Position numbers and translations under genes: made by a program
From: Acutalibacteraceae bacterium
Lineage (GTDB): Bacteria; Bacillota; Clostridia; Oscillospirales; Acutalibacteraceae
Length of the DNA stretch: 64,000 nucleotides
Assembly (NCBI GenBank): GCA_050947015.1
Contig: JBMNVT010000006.1
Location: 40,595-104,594, forward strand
Direction of reading: 5' to 3'
The notes under the pieces: model-generated
What the model saw: the letters and a program-made list of their open reading frames with translations, nothing else
Database searches by the model: none
Told to the model about the DNA's origin: nothing
Shown here: piece by piece, positions 1 through 10,053 of the stretch
Layout: the number at the start of each line of letters is the position of its first letter
Numbering within the stretch: the first letter of the stretch is position 1

Positions 1-2557
1 GCTGAGCCTTTACCGAAGTGCTGAGCGGAATTTTTCCCTCGATTACATAACCGGAGCCTGTCGTTTTTACTGCATAACTTCCCAACTCCGCCGCAGTTTC
101 GGAGCTGACCTTATTTGAGTTATAGGTAATTGGGCTTCCATCTGCATAAACAGTAAAATATCCTGCTTCCCCGTCATTTTTTGTTGCCGCAGTATATTCC
201 TTCGGGTTGGTGCTTCCCCTGAGGAAATTATAATAAATTTCAATTTTATCTCCGCCGGCAACCGAAACATGATAATCTGTCACTTTGATATAATAGTACA
301 AATAATCCTCATCATGTGCAAACGAATAGCTTGCCGAGGTCATTTCTTCTTTCGGCAGCGTCACTTTATTGTCGCTGTATACCGAAGTGACACTCCCCAC
401 GGTGGACTGCGCATATGCCGCGTCTTTTTCTCCGTCAACCGTGATCTCACCAAAAGACGCCCGTTCACGGATATCCTCCGGGTTACGGCGAATCTCTCCC
501 TCACCGACATTAAGCTCCACATAAATTCCGAAATGGTCGGACGCCGCCAAACGAGGATTGTTCCGGTCCCCCTCACGCATGACCTTATAAGAGCGAACGT
601 CCAATGCGTCGATGGAAACAAACATATGATCGATTGCAAGGCCGCCGTCATAATCACTCAAATCCTCAGAGATCATAAGACTGCCGTCAATCAGCGTTTG
701 ACCTTCGTTGACGACCTGATCCTCTGGAGCACAGTACAGTGAATCCTGCATATCAACATTGGGATAATCCGACACCATTAATTGATATGCATCCGTCGCA
801 CGATTGCCGTTAAAATCTCCGGTGGCCACAATTCCAAGCTCGCTGTATCCCTTTTCTGTGCGGAAAACTTCAATTTTCTCACGAATCACGCGCATACCGA
901 CCGTTCTTGCTTCGTCACTGATATGATCCAGGTGAGTATTAAAATGTGCATACATCACGTCTGTGGCTTTATTCCTGAAAATTGCCCAGGTGCATACGCG
1001 TTCTTCCGCTGCGTCCGATTGTTTGGAAGGAACGTCTGGCGTGTCAGAAAGCCAGAACACGCCTGAATCCATCAGTTCCAGCCGATCCTGCCGGTAATAA
1101 ATCGGGTCGGTAAACGCCTGTGTTGCCGGGACGATGGTGTAATTGGTCAAATTGACATTTAAGAAGTTTTTCCAGTTAAGGTTTCCTTCCTGAAAGCCAA
1201 TGGAATCCGCATCATAGCGCCCGATGATATCGACAGTTCTTTCTCCGCGTTTATTAACCGTAAAATACTCTTCCCAGTTTTCAATCGTACCGGGCGTGTT
1301 CAACAAGTTCCATCCCATTACCCGAATGTCGTTTTCGCCCGCAGCAAGAGGAGCTGCGGCAACCAACGCGGGTGAAAGCGAGGGTACGGTGCCTGTGTGG
1401 TCGGTATTCACAATAACTGTTTCTCCAGCGCTGTAAGCGGCGTCCTTTTGCCCATCCAGCAGTGCAGTTCCAAAGCCGGCCATAAAATTCGGAATGCCTT
1501 TTTCGTCTTCCTTCGGAATCGTCACTTCGGATTTGTCCACAAAAACAGCAGTTACCACCGCTCCCGCCGCCGGCAGCGCAAAGCTTGTTCCCTTAATGGG
1601 GGTACCGTTTACCAGAATCGACTGCAGCCGTTTTCCTTCGTCCGGCGCTGCCGTTATGTTAACGGTCTGTCCAATAATTCCTTCTGCTTCCACGTCCACG
1701 CTGAGGATTCCGCCGGTAACGGTCGTCCCTACCGTAACGGGAGCCGTGTTGCGGAGCGTTACATCCGGGAAACCTTTGCTTCCCTGGCAAGCGTCTTCCC
1801 AAGAGTACCATTCGCCGTGTACGCCCATGTCGTTGACCAAAACGCCGTCACGTCCGCTGTTGTCGCCCGCATAGCTGTCGTCCTTATCGTCGTTCAGCTG
1901 AATTCCAAAGCCGATGGCCGGGTTCTTGACGGTGCTGATTCTCTTTTTCAGGTTGGCGCTCATTTTAACCTTGAGCTCAACATTATAGCCTACGGAGGTC
2001 TGCTTCAGCGCCGCTGTAAATTCGCCGGTAAATGGGCGGCCATCCGTCATAACATACGAATTCAGATTGTTGCTTCCGCCGGTGTAAAACGCGTCTCCGC
2101 TTTCTTTGGCAATAAAGTTGGTCTGAATTCTGCCCTGTTCGCCCGCAATGGGATCGCGCGTACCGGGAAGATAATCCGTTTCAGCCGTGTTGAGGAGGTC
2201 AATGTAAAAATTGACGCCTTCAACGTCTCTCTTAATTTCTTCGTTGCCTCTATTAAACTTCGGGGTCGGGTCGTTAACCTCTACCAGAACATACATGTAC
2301 TCGTCATCAAACAAGGCATATGCCGAGGCGGTTGCGTAATCGTTTCCTGTAACATATCCTTGTTCAATTCCCTGATCGATCAAAATGGGGGTAGCGGATT
2401 TATAGGCATCCTCTTTTTCCCCATCAACGACAGGCGCCGTTTGAGTATAGGAGGCACTTTGAATGGAAACGGGATCCGAGGGGGCTGCTATGGCAACAGA
2501 AACCGCTGAGAAGACAATGCTTACAGATAACAGAATTGCCAGTATCTTCTTTTTCAT
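1..2557 (-). CDS. Secreted multidomain protein (5' partial, runs off the window). Signal peptide, a CBM9/DOMON-like N-terminal module, and an endonuclease/exonuclease/phosphatase (EEP) fold domain.
   Basis: ATG at 2557 gives MKKKILAILLSVSIVFSAVSVAIAAPSDP (signal peptide). I translated the minus frame by hand: it has the EEP motifs IRVMGWNLL (N-terminal) and SDHFGIYVELNV (C-terminal SDH). The frame stays open to position 1. All six-frame ORFs listed in 1-2560 are short antisense or off-frame pieces. Confidence 0.7.
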   Translation of the reverse strand, partial: MKKKILAILLSVSIVFSAVSVAIAAPSDPVSIQSASYTQTAPVVDGEKEDAYKSATPILIDQGIEQGYVTGNDYATASAYALFDDEYMYVLVEVNDPTPKFNRGNEEIKRDVEGVNFYIDLLNTAETDYLPGTRDPIAGEQGRIQTNFIAKESGDAFYTGGSNNLNSYVMTDGRPFTGEFTAALKQTSVGYNVELKVKMSANLKKRISTVKNPAIGFGIQLNDDKDDSYAGDNSGRDGVLVNDMGVHGEWYSWEDACQGSKGFPDVTLRNTAPVTVGTTVTGGILSVDVEAEGIIGQTVNITAAPDEGKRLQSILVNGTPIKGTSFALPAAGAVVTAVFVDKSEVTIPKEDEKGIPNFMAGFGTALLDGQKDAAYSAGETVIVNTDHTGTVPSLSPALVAAAPLAAGENDIRVMGWNLLNTPGTIENWEEYFTVNKRGERTVDIIGRYDADSIGFQEGNLNWKNFLNVNLTNYTIVPATQAFTDPIYYRQDRLELMDSGVFWLSDTPDVPSKQSDAAEERVCTWAIFRNKATDVMYAHFNTHLDHISDEARTVGMRVIREKIEVFRTEKGYSELGIVATGDFNGNRATDAYQLMVSDYPNVDMQDSLYCAPEDQVVNEGQTLIDGSLMISEDLSDYDGGLAIDHMFVSIDALDVRSYKVMREGDRNNPRLAASDHFGIYVELNVGEGEIRRNPEDIRERASFGEITVDGEKDAAYAQSTVGSVTSVYSDNKVTLPKEEMTSASYSFAHDEDYLYYYIKVTDYHVSVAGGDKIEIYYNFLRGSTNPKEYTAATKNDGEAGYFTVYADGSPITYNSNKVSSETAAELGSYAVKTTGSGYVIEGKIPLSTSVKAQ

Positions 2558-2585
2558 TGTGTCAATCATCCCTTTCACTGCATTC

Positions 2586-2641
2586 AAAAATTTAAAAAGC
2601 TGGAAACCCCTTTGAAGAAAGATAAAAGGCGTCTCCAGCTG
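2586..2641 (-). terminator. Rho-independent terminator after the SBP gene.
   Basis: Hairpin AGCTGGA...TCCAGCT. On the minus strand it is followed by TTTTTAAATTTTT. Confidence 0.5.
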
Positions 2642-2669
2642 CATGTGCCGTCAAATCATGTAATTCGTT

Positions 2670-4349
2670 TTATTTTCCGTAATTGAAATAGCGATCTGCA
2701 CGAGCCTGATAAACTTTAAGGAGCTCATCCATGCCGCCGTCTTTCAACGGCTTAATGACCTGCGTATCCCAGTCGGTATCAATGTTAATTTCACCTTTAT
2801 AAATTTTAACAGCGATTTCACGGGAAAGAGCTTTGTAAGCAGCCTCATACTTGGCGAGAGTTTCGTTCTCTTCCGCAGTGGGAACGGCCATGTACGCTTT
2901 CATGTTATCGACCATTGTATCCGGGTAATCGATGACCTCTTTCTGCGCATCTCCTTTTTCCTTGGAAATCGTAGCGATTTCATTTTCCATATCGGAGAAG
3001 CGGATGACCGGGAACGCAAAGCCCCAAATGTTGCTGCCGTTGCATTCGCCGGAGATGGATGCGGCCTCCCAGTCGGCGCCCGTCGCATCGCCAATCAGAA
3101 TTTTAATGCCGTCCCGCACTTCATAGGTTGTGCCTTCGATTCCCCATGCGTTCAGATCTTCAAACTTGTCGCTGTACAGAATATCCAGGAAAATGGACGC
3201 CGCTTCTTTATCCTTCAAATTCTTGGTAAACGCAGCGTGACGCCAGTCAGTCAGCTGGGGCGGCTCAATGTTGCTGATCGGTTTTACTCCATCAGTTCCC
3301 TGAATCGGCATCAGGCTTACATAGTTTGCAGCCTCGGCGCCTTCCTGAACATTGACTTCCGGCTCAAGCCAGCCCTGCATGCAGTAAGAGCTGAGAGAAG
3401 CCGCCTGATTGTTTGCGTTTGCGGCGTCTGTTACAGCAGTTTCGCAGGCAATATAGTCAACGCTGGTCAGTCCGTCCTTTAAAAGGCTCTGAATGTATTT
3501 GAAATAGTCCTTGACGCCGGGCTGTTCCCAAGTGGAAACAACAATTCCGTCATTCGTGGAAAGACCGAAACGATCGTTGGGCAGGCCAAACCACTGCGGG
3601 ATGCCGGAAGAGAAATCTTTCCATCCGGCAACATAATACTCATCCTTCTGTCCGTTCCCGTTCAGATCGTTTTCCTGACAGGCCTTTAGATAGTTTGTGA
3701 ATTCGTCCAATGTTTTGGGAACTTCAATTCCGAGCTTCTGCACCCAGTCGTAGCGGATCAGAACATTGGTGCAGGTAGAAGCCAGCTTGCCGTCATAATA
3801 AGTTTCCTGCAGTGCCGGCATCCAGTACATTTTTCCATCGGTATAGGAAGCCTTCCTGTAAACCTGGCTGTACTTTTCCAGAAAAGCCTTCGAGGTTCCG
3901 TCCCCGTTTTCAATAAAATCGTTAATCGGAAGGAAAATGCCGTTTTCAATACCGGAAATCAGCGTCGCATCGTCCGCGCCCTCCAGATTAATGTACTCCG
4001 CCAGATCCGCTGTGCTGGCAAGGCTTGTGGCCAGTACTGTTTCATACTGATCCTCCTGAACCACATCAAACACGATTTCAAGTCCCTTGGATTCAAAGAT
4101 CTTGTTCAGTTCCTGCCAGACCAGGTATTTGTCACGATCCGCAAAACGGCAGTACTGGTTGTCAGATTCCCGAACCATTGCTGTAAATGTATGCTTTTCG
4201 GTTGCATTAGAGGTGCCTCCGGATGCTTCCGAACCCTGAGAATTTCCTCCTCCCGAAGAAGCAGGAGTATTTGCGCAGCCTGCGGCCATTGTGGTAAACA
4301 ATGCAGCGGCCAACGCAATTACCAGCGTTTTTTTCAAACCTTTCATCAA
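2670..4349 (-). CDS. Extracellular solute-binding lipoprotein of a carbohydrate ABC transporter (large LplA/YtcQ-type SBP, about 560 aa).
   Basis: N-terminus MMKGLKKTLVIALAAALFTTMAAGC has a lipobox. Size and composition are typical of family-1 sugar SBPs. It sits next to two permeases. Confidence 0.85.
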   Translation of the reverse strand: MMKGLKKTLVIALAAALFTTMAAGCANTPASSGGGNSQGSEASGGTSNATEKHTFTAMVRESDNQYCRFADRDKYLVWQELNKIFESKGLEIVFDVVQEDQYETVLATSLASTADLAEYINLEGADDATLISGIENGIFLPINDFIENGDGTSKAFLEKYSQVYRKASYTDGKMYWMPALQETYYDGKLASTCTNVLIRYDWVQKLGIEVPKTLDEFTNYLKACQENDLNGNGQKDEYYVAGWKDFSSGIPQWFGLPNDRFGLSTNDGIVVSTWEQPGVKDYFKYIQSLLKDGLTSVDYIACETAVTDAANANNQAASLSSYCMQGWLEPEVNVQEGAEAANYVSLMPIQGTDGVKPISNIEPPQLTDWRHAAFTKNLKDKEAASIFLDILYSDKFEDLNAWGIEGTTYEVRDGIKILIGDATGADWEAASISGECNGSNIWGFAFPVIRFSDMENEIATISKEKGDAQKEVIDYPDTMVDNMKAYMAVPTAEENETLAKYEAAYKALSREIAVKIYKGEINIDTDWDTQVIKPLKDGGMDELLKVYQARADRYFNYGK

Positions 4350-4418
4350 TCATTCCTCCAAATTTTAAATTTATTGTAAAGCATCTGCTTTCCAATACCA
4401 TATTCTGCGGCTGACCCA

Positions 4419-5336
4419 TCAGCCCTTGAGAGAACCAAGCATAACACCCTTAACAAAGTATTTCTGGAAAAACGGATATGTAAAAATTACGGGCAGGGTG
4501 GTAAATATAATCATTGCATACTGCAAACTCAGATTTGCCAGCCTTGTTTTTGCCAAAAGTTCCATTTCTTCTTTTGTGCCCGGCTTATCAAGCCTTTGCG
4601 TCATTGCAACCAGCACACGGCGCAGATAAAGCTGCAGCGGCTGCAAATCCACATTTTTCAGGTAAATCTGCGCGGTAAACCATCCGTTCCAGACCATCAC
4701 GATGGTGTAAATTGCAATTACGGCGAGAATCGGTTTAGCTAACGGCAGATAAATTTTGAACAGAATCTGATAGCAATTTGCGCCGTCAATTTTTGCTGCC
4801 TCGCGCAGAGTTTCGGGAATAGATAGAAAATATGTTCGTGTCAGTATAATATACCATATGCTGTAAGAATGCGGAATAATCATGGCCCAAATATTATTAT
4901 ACAAACCGAACATTTTCATCACCATGAAGGAAGGAATCAAACCGCCGCTGAAATACATCGGAATCAGCAGAAATATGGTTGCCGCCCTTTTACCGATTAG
5001 ATTTGGGGAGGCAAGCGGAAACGCCGCCAACACACAGGTTAAAAGCATGAATGTGGTGGACACCAGCACATAGAAAATTGTCATGCCGTAAGCACGCCAC
5101 ATTTCCGGTTTTGCAATGATGACCTTGTAGCCGTTAAACTGCAGACCGATTGGATAAAAATATACCTTCAGTCCGCTGACTGCCGCAGGGCTGCTGACAG
5201 ACATGCACAGCACATAATACATCGGGTAAATACAGATTAAAGCTGCAAAAATTGCAAGGATGTAAAGAACAACGGTCCAAACGGGATTTCCTTCGCGGAT
5301 GTGTCCCTTGTGCTTAAGTTCCATCGCTGCTGCCAT
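4419..5336 (-). CDS. Carbohydrate ABC transporter permease (LplC/YtcP-like).
   Basis: Six predicted TM segments. EAA-type motif EAAKIDGANCYQILFKIYLPLAKP. Confidence 0.85.
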   Translation of the reverse strand: MAAAMELKHKGHIREGNPVWTVVLYILAIFAALICIYPMYYVLCMSVSSPAAVSGLKVYFYPIGLQFNGYKVIIAKPEMWRAYGMTIFYVLVSTTFMLLTCVLAAFPLASPNLIGKRAATIFLLIPMYFSGGLIPSFMVMKMFGLYNNIWAMIIPHSYSIWYIILTRTYFLSIPETLREAAKIDGANCYQILFKIYLPLAKPILAVIAIYTIVMVWNGWFTAQIYLKNVDLQPLQLYLRRVLVAMTQRLDKPGTKEEMELLAKTRLANLSLQYAMIIFTTLPVIFTYPFFQKYFVKGVMLGSLKG

Positions 5337-5351
5337 TCTCTTTTTCCTCCT

Positions 5352-6314
5352 TTAAAACATACCGTAGCTCGTAAACTTGTTGCTGATCTTATTTGCAAGG
5401 AACAGCAGGCAGAAATTGATTGTCGTCGAAAACAGGTTGATGGCTGCACCCAGGCTGTATTGACCGCCTCCAGTACCATCTGCGCCGAGACCCACGCGGT
5501 AGACATATGTCCCTATTACGTCGGATTTGGGGTATGTCGCTTCGTTATACAGCAGGAGGATCATGTCCGTATTGGAGGAAACCATGCCTCCGACCGCCAT
5601 AATGAGCAGGATTGCTATCGTCGGCAAAATGCACGGCAATGTAATATACCACATCTGCTTCAGCCGTGAAGCTCCGTCAAGCCGTGCAGACTCATATAGC
5701 TGCGGGTCGATCCCGGAAATAGCAGACAAATAAAGAATACTGTCAAACCCAAAGGCAATCCAAATATTTGTCAGAATGTAAATAGTATCGAAATAATTCG
5801 CTTCGTTGATAAAAGCGGTTCTTGTTCCACCGAACACTGTATATATGCTGTTGATTAAGCCGTCGGTGCGCAAAAACGAAAGCACCATGCCGGCAACAAC
5901 AACAGAAGAAATGAAATGCGGCAGATAGCTCGCCGTCTGCACAAATTTTTTGAACCGCATGTGGCGCAGCTCGTTAAGCAGCAGCGCAAACGCAATCGGT
6001 ACCCAAAAACCAAACAGCAAATTTTTAAGGCTTAAGCGAATGGTATTCCCGAACAACCTGGGGAACAGGGAGCTTCCGATAAATTCTTTGAAATGCTTCA
6101 GTCCTACCCACTGAACATCTCCCCAGAAGAAACCGTTGCCCGGCTGATAATCCTGAAACGCAATCACAATACCAAACAAAGGGAAGTATGAAAAACACAG
6201 AATCAACACAATAACTGGGAACATCAAACCGTAAAGCTCTATGCTTTCACGTATTACCGCTTTGGAATGTCTGCGCCTTTTGATCACCGCCGCTGACCTT
6301 GCCGTCTTTTCCAC
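5352..6314 (-). CDS. Carbohydrate ABC transporter permease (LplB/YteP-like).
   Basis: Polytopic membrane protein. EAA-like motif ESARLDGASRLKQMWYITLP. Adjacent to the second permease and the SBP. Confidence 0.85.
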   Translation of the reverse strand: MEKTARSAAVIKRRRHSKAVIRESIELYGLMFPVIVLILCFSYFPLFGIVIAFQDYQPGNGFFWGDVQWVGLKHFKEFIGSSLFPRLFGNTIRLSLKNLLFGFWVPIAFALLLNELRHMRFKKFVQTASYLPHFISSVVVAGMVLSFLRTDGLINSIYTVFGGTRTAFINEANYFDTIYILTNIWIAFGFDSILYLSAISGIDPQLYESARLDGASRLKQMWYITLPCILPTIAILLIMAVGGMVSSNTDMILLLYNEATYPKSDVIGTYVYRVGLGADGTGGGQYSLGAAINLFSTTINFCLLFLANKISNKFTSYGMF

Positions 6315-6740
6315 GTTTGGACCAACTCCTTTTACAAGAATAAATTAGATTGAGAGAAAAAACCGGCACGATTCCACAGAGAGCTGTATTAGGGTTCGTG
6401 CATTCTAAACAAACAAAACTTCTGATCGGTTTTCCCTTTTGTATGGCTTAATTATATAGAAAAAACAACAACAAGTTCAACATACAATTTTATATTTTGA
6501 ATTCTTTTTTATTGATTATGTCTGCCGTAGCAAAACTATTCTCACAGGAATGGCATTCTGCCGAGTTTTTTTATAAACGGACAGCAAGGAAAAGAGAATA
6601 AAAAAAATATATTTTTCGCAAGGATTGTATGCCAAATCAAAAATTGTAACCTTAGAACAAACAATTTTTGCACAAAAAAATCCGATACAACACTATTTTT
6701 TAAGCGTTTCAGTACCGGATTTTCAATTTTTACTGATATT

Positions 6741-9700
6741 TTACTGCAAAAGAAGACGGATCTTGCAAATCCCATTTAAATTCCCTGTCAAAACCCAAAC
6801 ACCACTACCGGTTTGCCGGGTCTGCCAGCCGTCGGCCGCTACACTTGAAAAGTTACCCACAATTCGCACAGCAGCGGAGCCGACTCCTTGAATCCGCAAA
6901 CAATTTCCGTCACACGACAACACCTCCGTTTCATTATCGGCCGTCCAAACGGCAAAACTTCCGCAAACCGTAAACGTATGAATTACGCCGCGATCAATGC
7001 ACAACGGATAGCTTTTGCTTCCGAGTAAAAGCTCTGCCTTTGCCGGTTCATCCGCATCCTGCCACCAATTTGTGTTGATTGCATAGATCCGCCTCACCCC
7101 CTGACAATCGTCGTAGGCGGAGAATTCCACCGTGTCCTGCGTACGCATCCATCCTTTTTCCCGCTGAGCTGTGGATTCGCGATTTCCCAACTGAGCCAGC
7201 AAACCCTCGTACACCGGCCGAATTGCCTCAACAGCGGGATATTCGCGCACGTTGACCAAAATAACAGAGCCTTTTCCCAGAGAATGACGAACGACAAGCG
7301 GAAAACCATTCATCTCCTGCAGAACCTCCACTGCCGCGCCAAGACATATATTTCCCGCCGCATACCCGGAACCCGTTTCCACAAAACCGCTTAAACGAAC
7401 GCCGGTAAGCTCTTCCTGCCTTTCAAGCCATTCGCTTTCGCCGTGAAGAATTTTCTCCCGATTTGTCTGCGTAAATAAATGAGGCCACGCAAATAGCAGC
7501 GTACCACCCTGCCGCACAAAATGGATCCACCGGTCCAGATCGCCTTCTTCTGCCGCATGATAGCCCAGAAAAGCCATTGATCCATATCGGTTCATCTGTT
7601 CCTGCGGCGCCTCTGCCGGCAAAATATCCACCATTCCGTATGGGGTGCGAGTGTAAAATCCTTGCGGCTCTTCGGGACACGGGTGGCGATATAACGCATC
7701 CAAAACCGCATCCGGATAAAAGACCCTGAGTAAGTCCCAGCTTTCCTCTGGTGCTGAAAACCTCCATTCCGGGCCAGTCTTGCCCCATGCGGGACTCCTG
7801 CCAAAGCATCTCCAGCCGTCATAACGGCCATGTACCACCGCAATGGGAGCAACCAGCTCCCCGCGGCGGGTATGAGATTCTACGAATTTGACAAATTGAC
7901 GTTCCACGTCGGCATGAGAACGGCAGCAATGGCTGAAGCGGTCAAACTTTGCAAAGTTCTCTTCCATATGCCAAAGGCCTTCCTCGGTATTGATCTGGCT
8001 GACGCCTTGCAGATAGCATACGAACAGAGCAAGCTGGTACCGCCGGCAGTTTGCCGGCGTGTCGTGCGGTGTGGAATACCACTGCAGTGCAAGATGCGAA
8101 ATAAAATATTTACGCCCGTAAGCTCTTGAAGCGCCCCGCAGAACGGAAAGCAACACTTCATTGGAACCGTACATCGTCTCCGCGCCGCCAATCGGCAGAC
8201 CTGCCGCAAAAAAATCCCGAAAAAAAACTGCCGGACCCGTATGCCGATCTATCCCATGCAGAGACTCCCTTGCACAGGCCACAAACTGTTCATGAGCTTC
8301 TTTCATGTCGGTGCATCCATCCGGGTTGATATAAGTATAAATACTCCTGTCCGTATAAATCAGTCGGTTGGAGTAGCTCCAATCCGGATGCTGCAGAATG
8401 CGGTTGCGAAGCTCACGGAAAAATAATTCATTGCAATTGCAGTCCTTTGCAAAATTCTGGTTTCCCCAATAGCAAAACGCTCCGTCCCGTTCATGTCCCT
8501 GATTTCCGACGAAATATTCTCCTTCCAGCATTGCTCTGGTAGGATTTGCATTGATTCCGGGCAATTCGCGCCCATCGATCATATGGCAATAGGCAATCTG
8601 CATCTCGTTACACAACTGTGCAACTCTGCGCCACATCGTTTCATTGACCACGCGTGTTCCGCACCAGCGATATGTCGGACGAAACGTAATATAATTGCCC
8701 AGATGTTCAGAAAGGTACCAAACCAAAAAATCCTCCATGGATTGCGTATCCTGCGGCACATAAATGGAATCTCCGGCACCGACCAAAACGCCGTCCTCTT
8801 CCTTTGCGATGATACGTTCAATAACAGCCGAAACCATACTGCCTTCCGCAAATGCCGAAATCGTAATGTCGGTCGCATTTTCCCCGGCGTGAAATTTGAT
8901 TGTCTGCAGACCGGAGGAACGAAATCTGACCGTCGTCTCCACGGGCCGAATGGCAGAAGAATCCGACTGAAACAAAACCGTTGTGTCCGGCTTCCGAACG
9001 GAAATCATAACTGCAAAATCACAATTCCGGCGAACAAAGTGCGGCACAGCCCGAAACTCAACCGCTCTGTTTTCCGTGTATAACAGCTGCATCGCCTGCA
9101 GATGATAGGGCAGCGCGCCGCTCCACCGGTTCAAATTGGTCAGCGTAACAATATTTTTGCCTTTTTGTATCAGTTCCGAAGGCAGCTCTATTTCATTTTC
9201 AGACCGAAGGTGGCACCTTTGGAATAACGACGCATCCGGCAGACGTATACCGTTGAGCACGACCGAAAGCTCCGTCCATTCTTTGCGCGACAGGTTTTCG
9301 CCGAACCAATTCATATTTTCATGATGCCGGTTTGCCGGCATAAACGCCGGAAGCACGTTTTGCCCGCAGGAATTTTGAAAGGAGGGATCTTCCAGAAAAA
9401 GTCTGCCGGTCGTTTTACGGACAGTTACCGTAAACAGCAGGCAGGCTGTTTCGTCGCCCACCCGCATGTCGGCTTCTACCTTTTTCCAGTCGAATGTGCC
9501 CTGAGGAATTGCCAAACATACCGTTTCGTCCGCCGGATCATTTAAATCCAGCGGATGGCGGCCAGATTTTTTTAGAAAACGTTCAATTCGAATCAACGAT
9601 AAGCCGTCCTGCGACGCAAAATTTTCCCCCTTCAACCAGAGACCGAAATGCCATTGATCGTTCTCACTCGGCTGAGCCGCAAACTGTTCTGTGCAGCGCG

Positions 9701-10010
9701 GCGGACACGGAAGCTTGAAATAGACGCTGCGCGGATAGTCTTCGCACTTTTCCTCAAGGCAGAGACTGTATGCACTGTGGTCCGTTGTCTGCGCATTGAG
9801 CGCATCGTCAATATCCCGATATAAGAGCGGAAAACCGCCCTCCCACATCCAGGATGGGTGCACTCCGCAATCGCCGCATAACCGAAGGCGAAAACGGAAA
9901 TTCTCCGGATTGGTTTGCAGAAAGGTATCTGTGGAAAAGCAAAAAGAATGTTTCTTTCCGGGCATCAAAGTCAGCTTTGTTTCCTCCAAAACAGGAAGCA
10001 TATGAAACAT
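6741..10010 (-). CDS. Large cytoplasmic protein (1089 aa) of unrecognised family, presumed carbohydrate-active enzyme of the locus.
   Basis: Uninterrupted 3270-nt ORF with no signal peptide. It sits between the membrane AraC regulator and the ABC importer. I recognise no diagnostic family motifs. Confidence 0.75.
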   Translation of the reverse strand: MFHMLPVLEETKLTLMPGKKHSFCFSTDTFLQTNPENFRFRLRLCGDCGVHPSWMWEGGFPLLYRDIDDALNAQTTDHSAYSLCLEEKCEDYPRSVYFKLPCPPRCTEQFAAQPSENDQWHFGLWLKGENFASQDGLSLIRIERFLKKSGRHPLDLNDPADETVCLAIPQGTFDWKKVEADMRVGDETACLLFTVTVRKTTGRLFLEDPSFQNSCGQNVLPAFMPANRHHENMNWFGENLSRKEWTELSVVLNGIRLPDASLFQRCHLRSENEIELPSELIQKGKNIVTLTNLNRWSGALPYHLQAMQLLYTENRAVEFRAVPHFVRRNCDFAVMISVRKPDTTVLFQSDSSAIRPVETTVRFRSSGLQTIKFHAGENATDITISAFAEGSMVSAVIERIIAKEEDGVLVGAGDSIYVPQDTQSMEDFLVWYLSEHLGNYITFRPTYRWCGTRVVNETMWRRVAQLCNEMQIAYCHMIDGRELPGINANPTRAMLEGEYFVGNQGHERDGAFCYWGNQNFAKDCNCNELFFRELRNRILQHPDWSYSNRLIYTDRSIYTYINPDGCTDMKEAHEQFVACARESLHGIDRHTGPAVFFRDFFAAGLPIGGAETMYGSNEVLLSVLRGASRAYGRKYFISHLALQWYSTPHDTPANCRRYQLALFVCYLQGVSQINTEEGLWHMEENFAKFDRFSHCCRSHADVERQFVKFVESHTRRGELVAPIAVVHGRYDGWRCFGRSPAWGKTGPEWRFSAPEESWDLLRVFYPDAVLDALYRHPCPEEPQGFYTRTPYGMVDILPAEAPQEQMNRYGSMAFLGYHAAEEGDLDRWIHFVRQGGTLLFAWPHLFTQTNREKILHGESEWLERQEELTGVRLSGFVETGSGYAAGNICLGAAVEVLQEMNGFPLVVRHSLGKGSVILVNVREYPAVEAIRPVYEGLLAQLGNRESTAQREKGWMRTQDTVEFSAYDDCQGVRRIYAINTNWWQDADEPAKAELLLGSKSYPLCIDRGVIHTFTVCGSFAVWTADNETEVLSCDGNCLRIQGVGSAAVRIVGNFSSVAADGWQTRQTGSGVWVLTGNLNGICKIRLLLQ

Positions 10011-10053
10011 TGTTATATCCCCTTTCTATTCTCGCAGCCGTTCCGTTTTGCCT

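Noticed and set aside
1397-2509. 370-aa plus-strand ORF, and other long ORFs antisense to real genes (for example 15711-16526, 19232-20419, 24485-26023, 28561-30030, 48002-49804, 51536-52552 and 57305-58705).
   Set aside because: Each lies wholly inside a well-supported gene on the opposite strand with clear family motifs. Their low-complexity Arg/Ala/Gln/His-rich composition is typical of antisense frames in high-GC DNA.
6315-6740. 77-aa ORF (6542-6775) and possible small-protein genes in the AT-rich spacer.
   Set aside because: The ORF overlaps the stop of the 1089-aa gene, lies in roughly 30%-GC DNA with no RBS, and reads as hydrophobic low-complexity sequence. It is more likely promoter or regulatory DNA of the permease genes.
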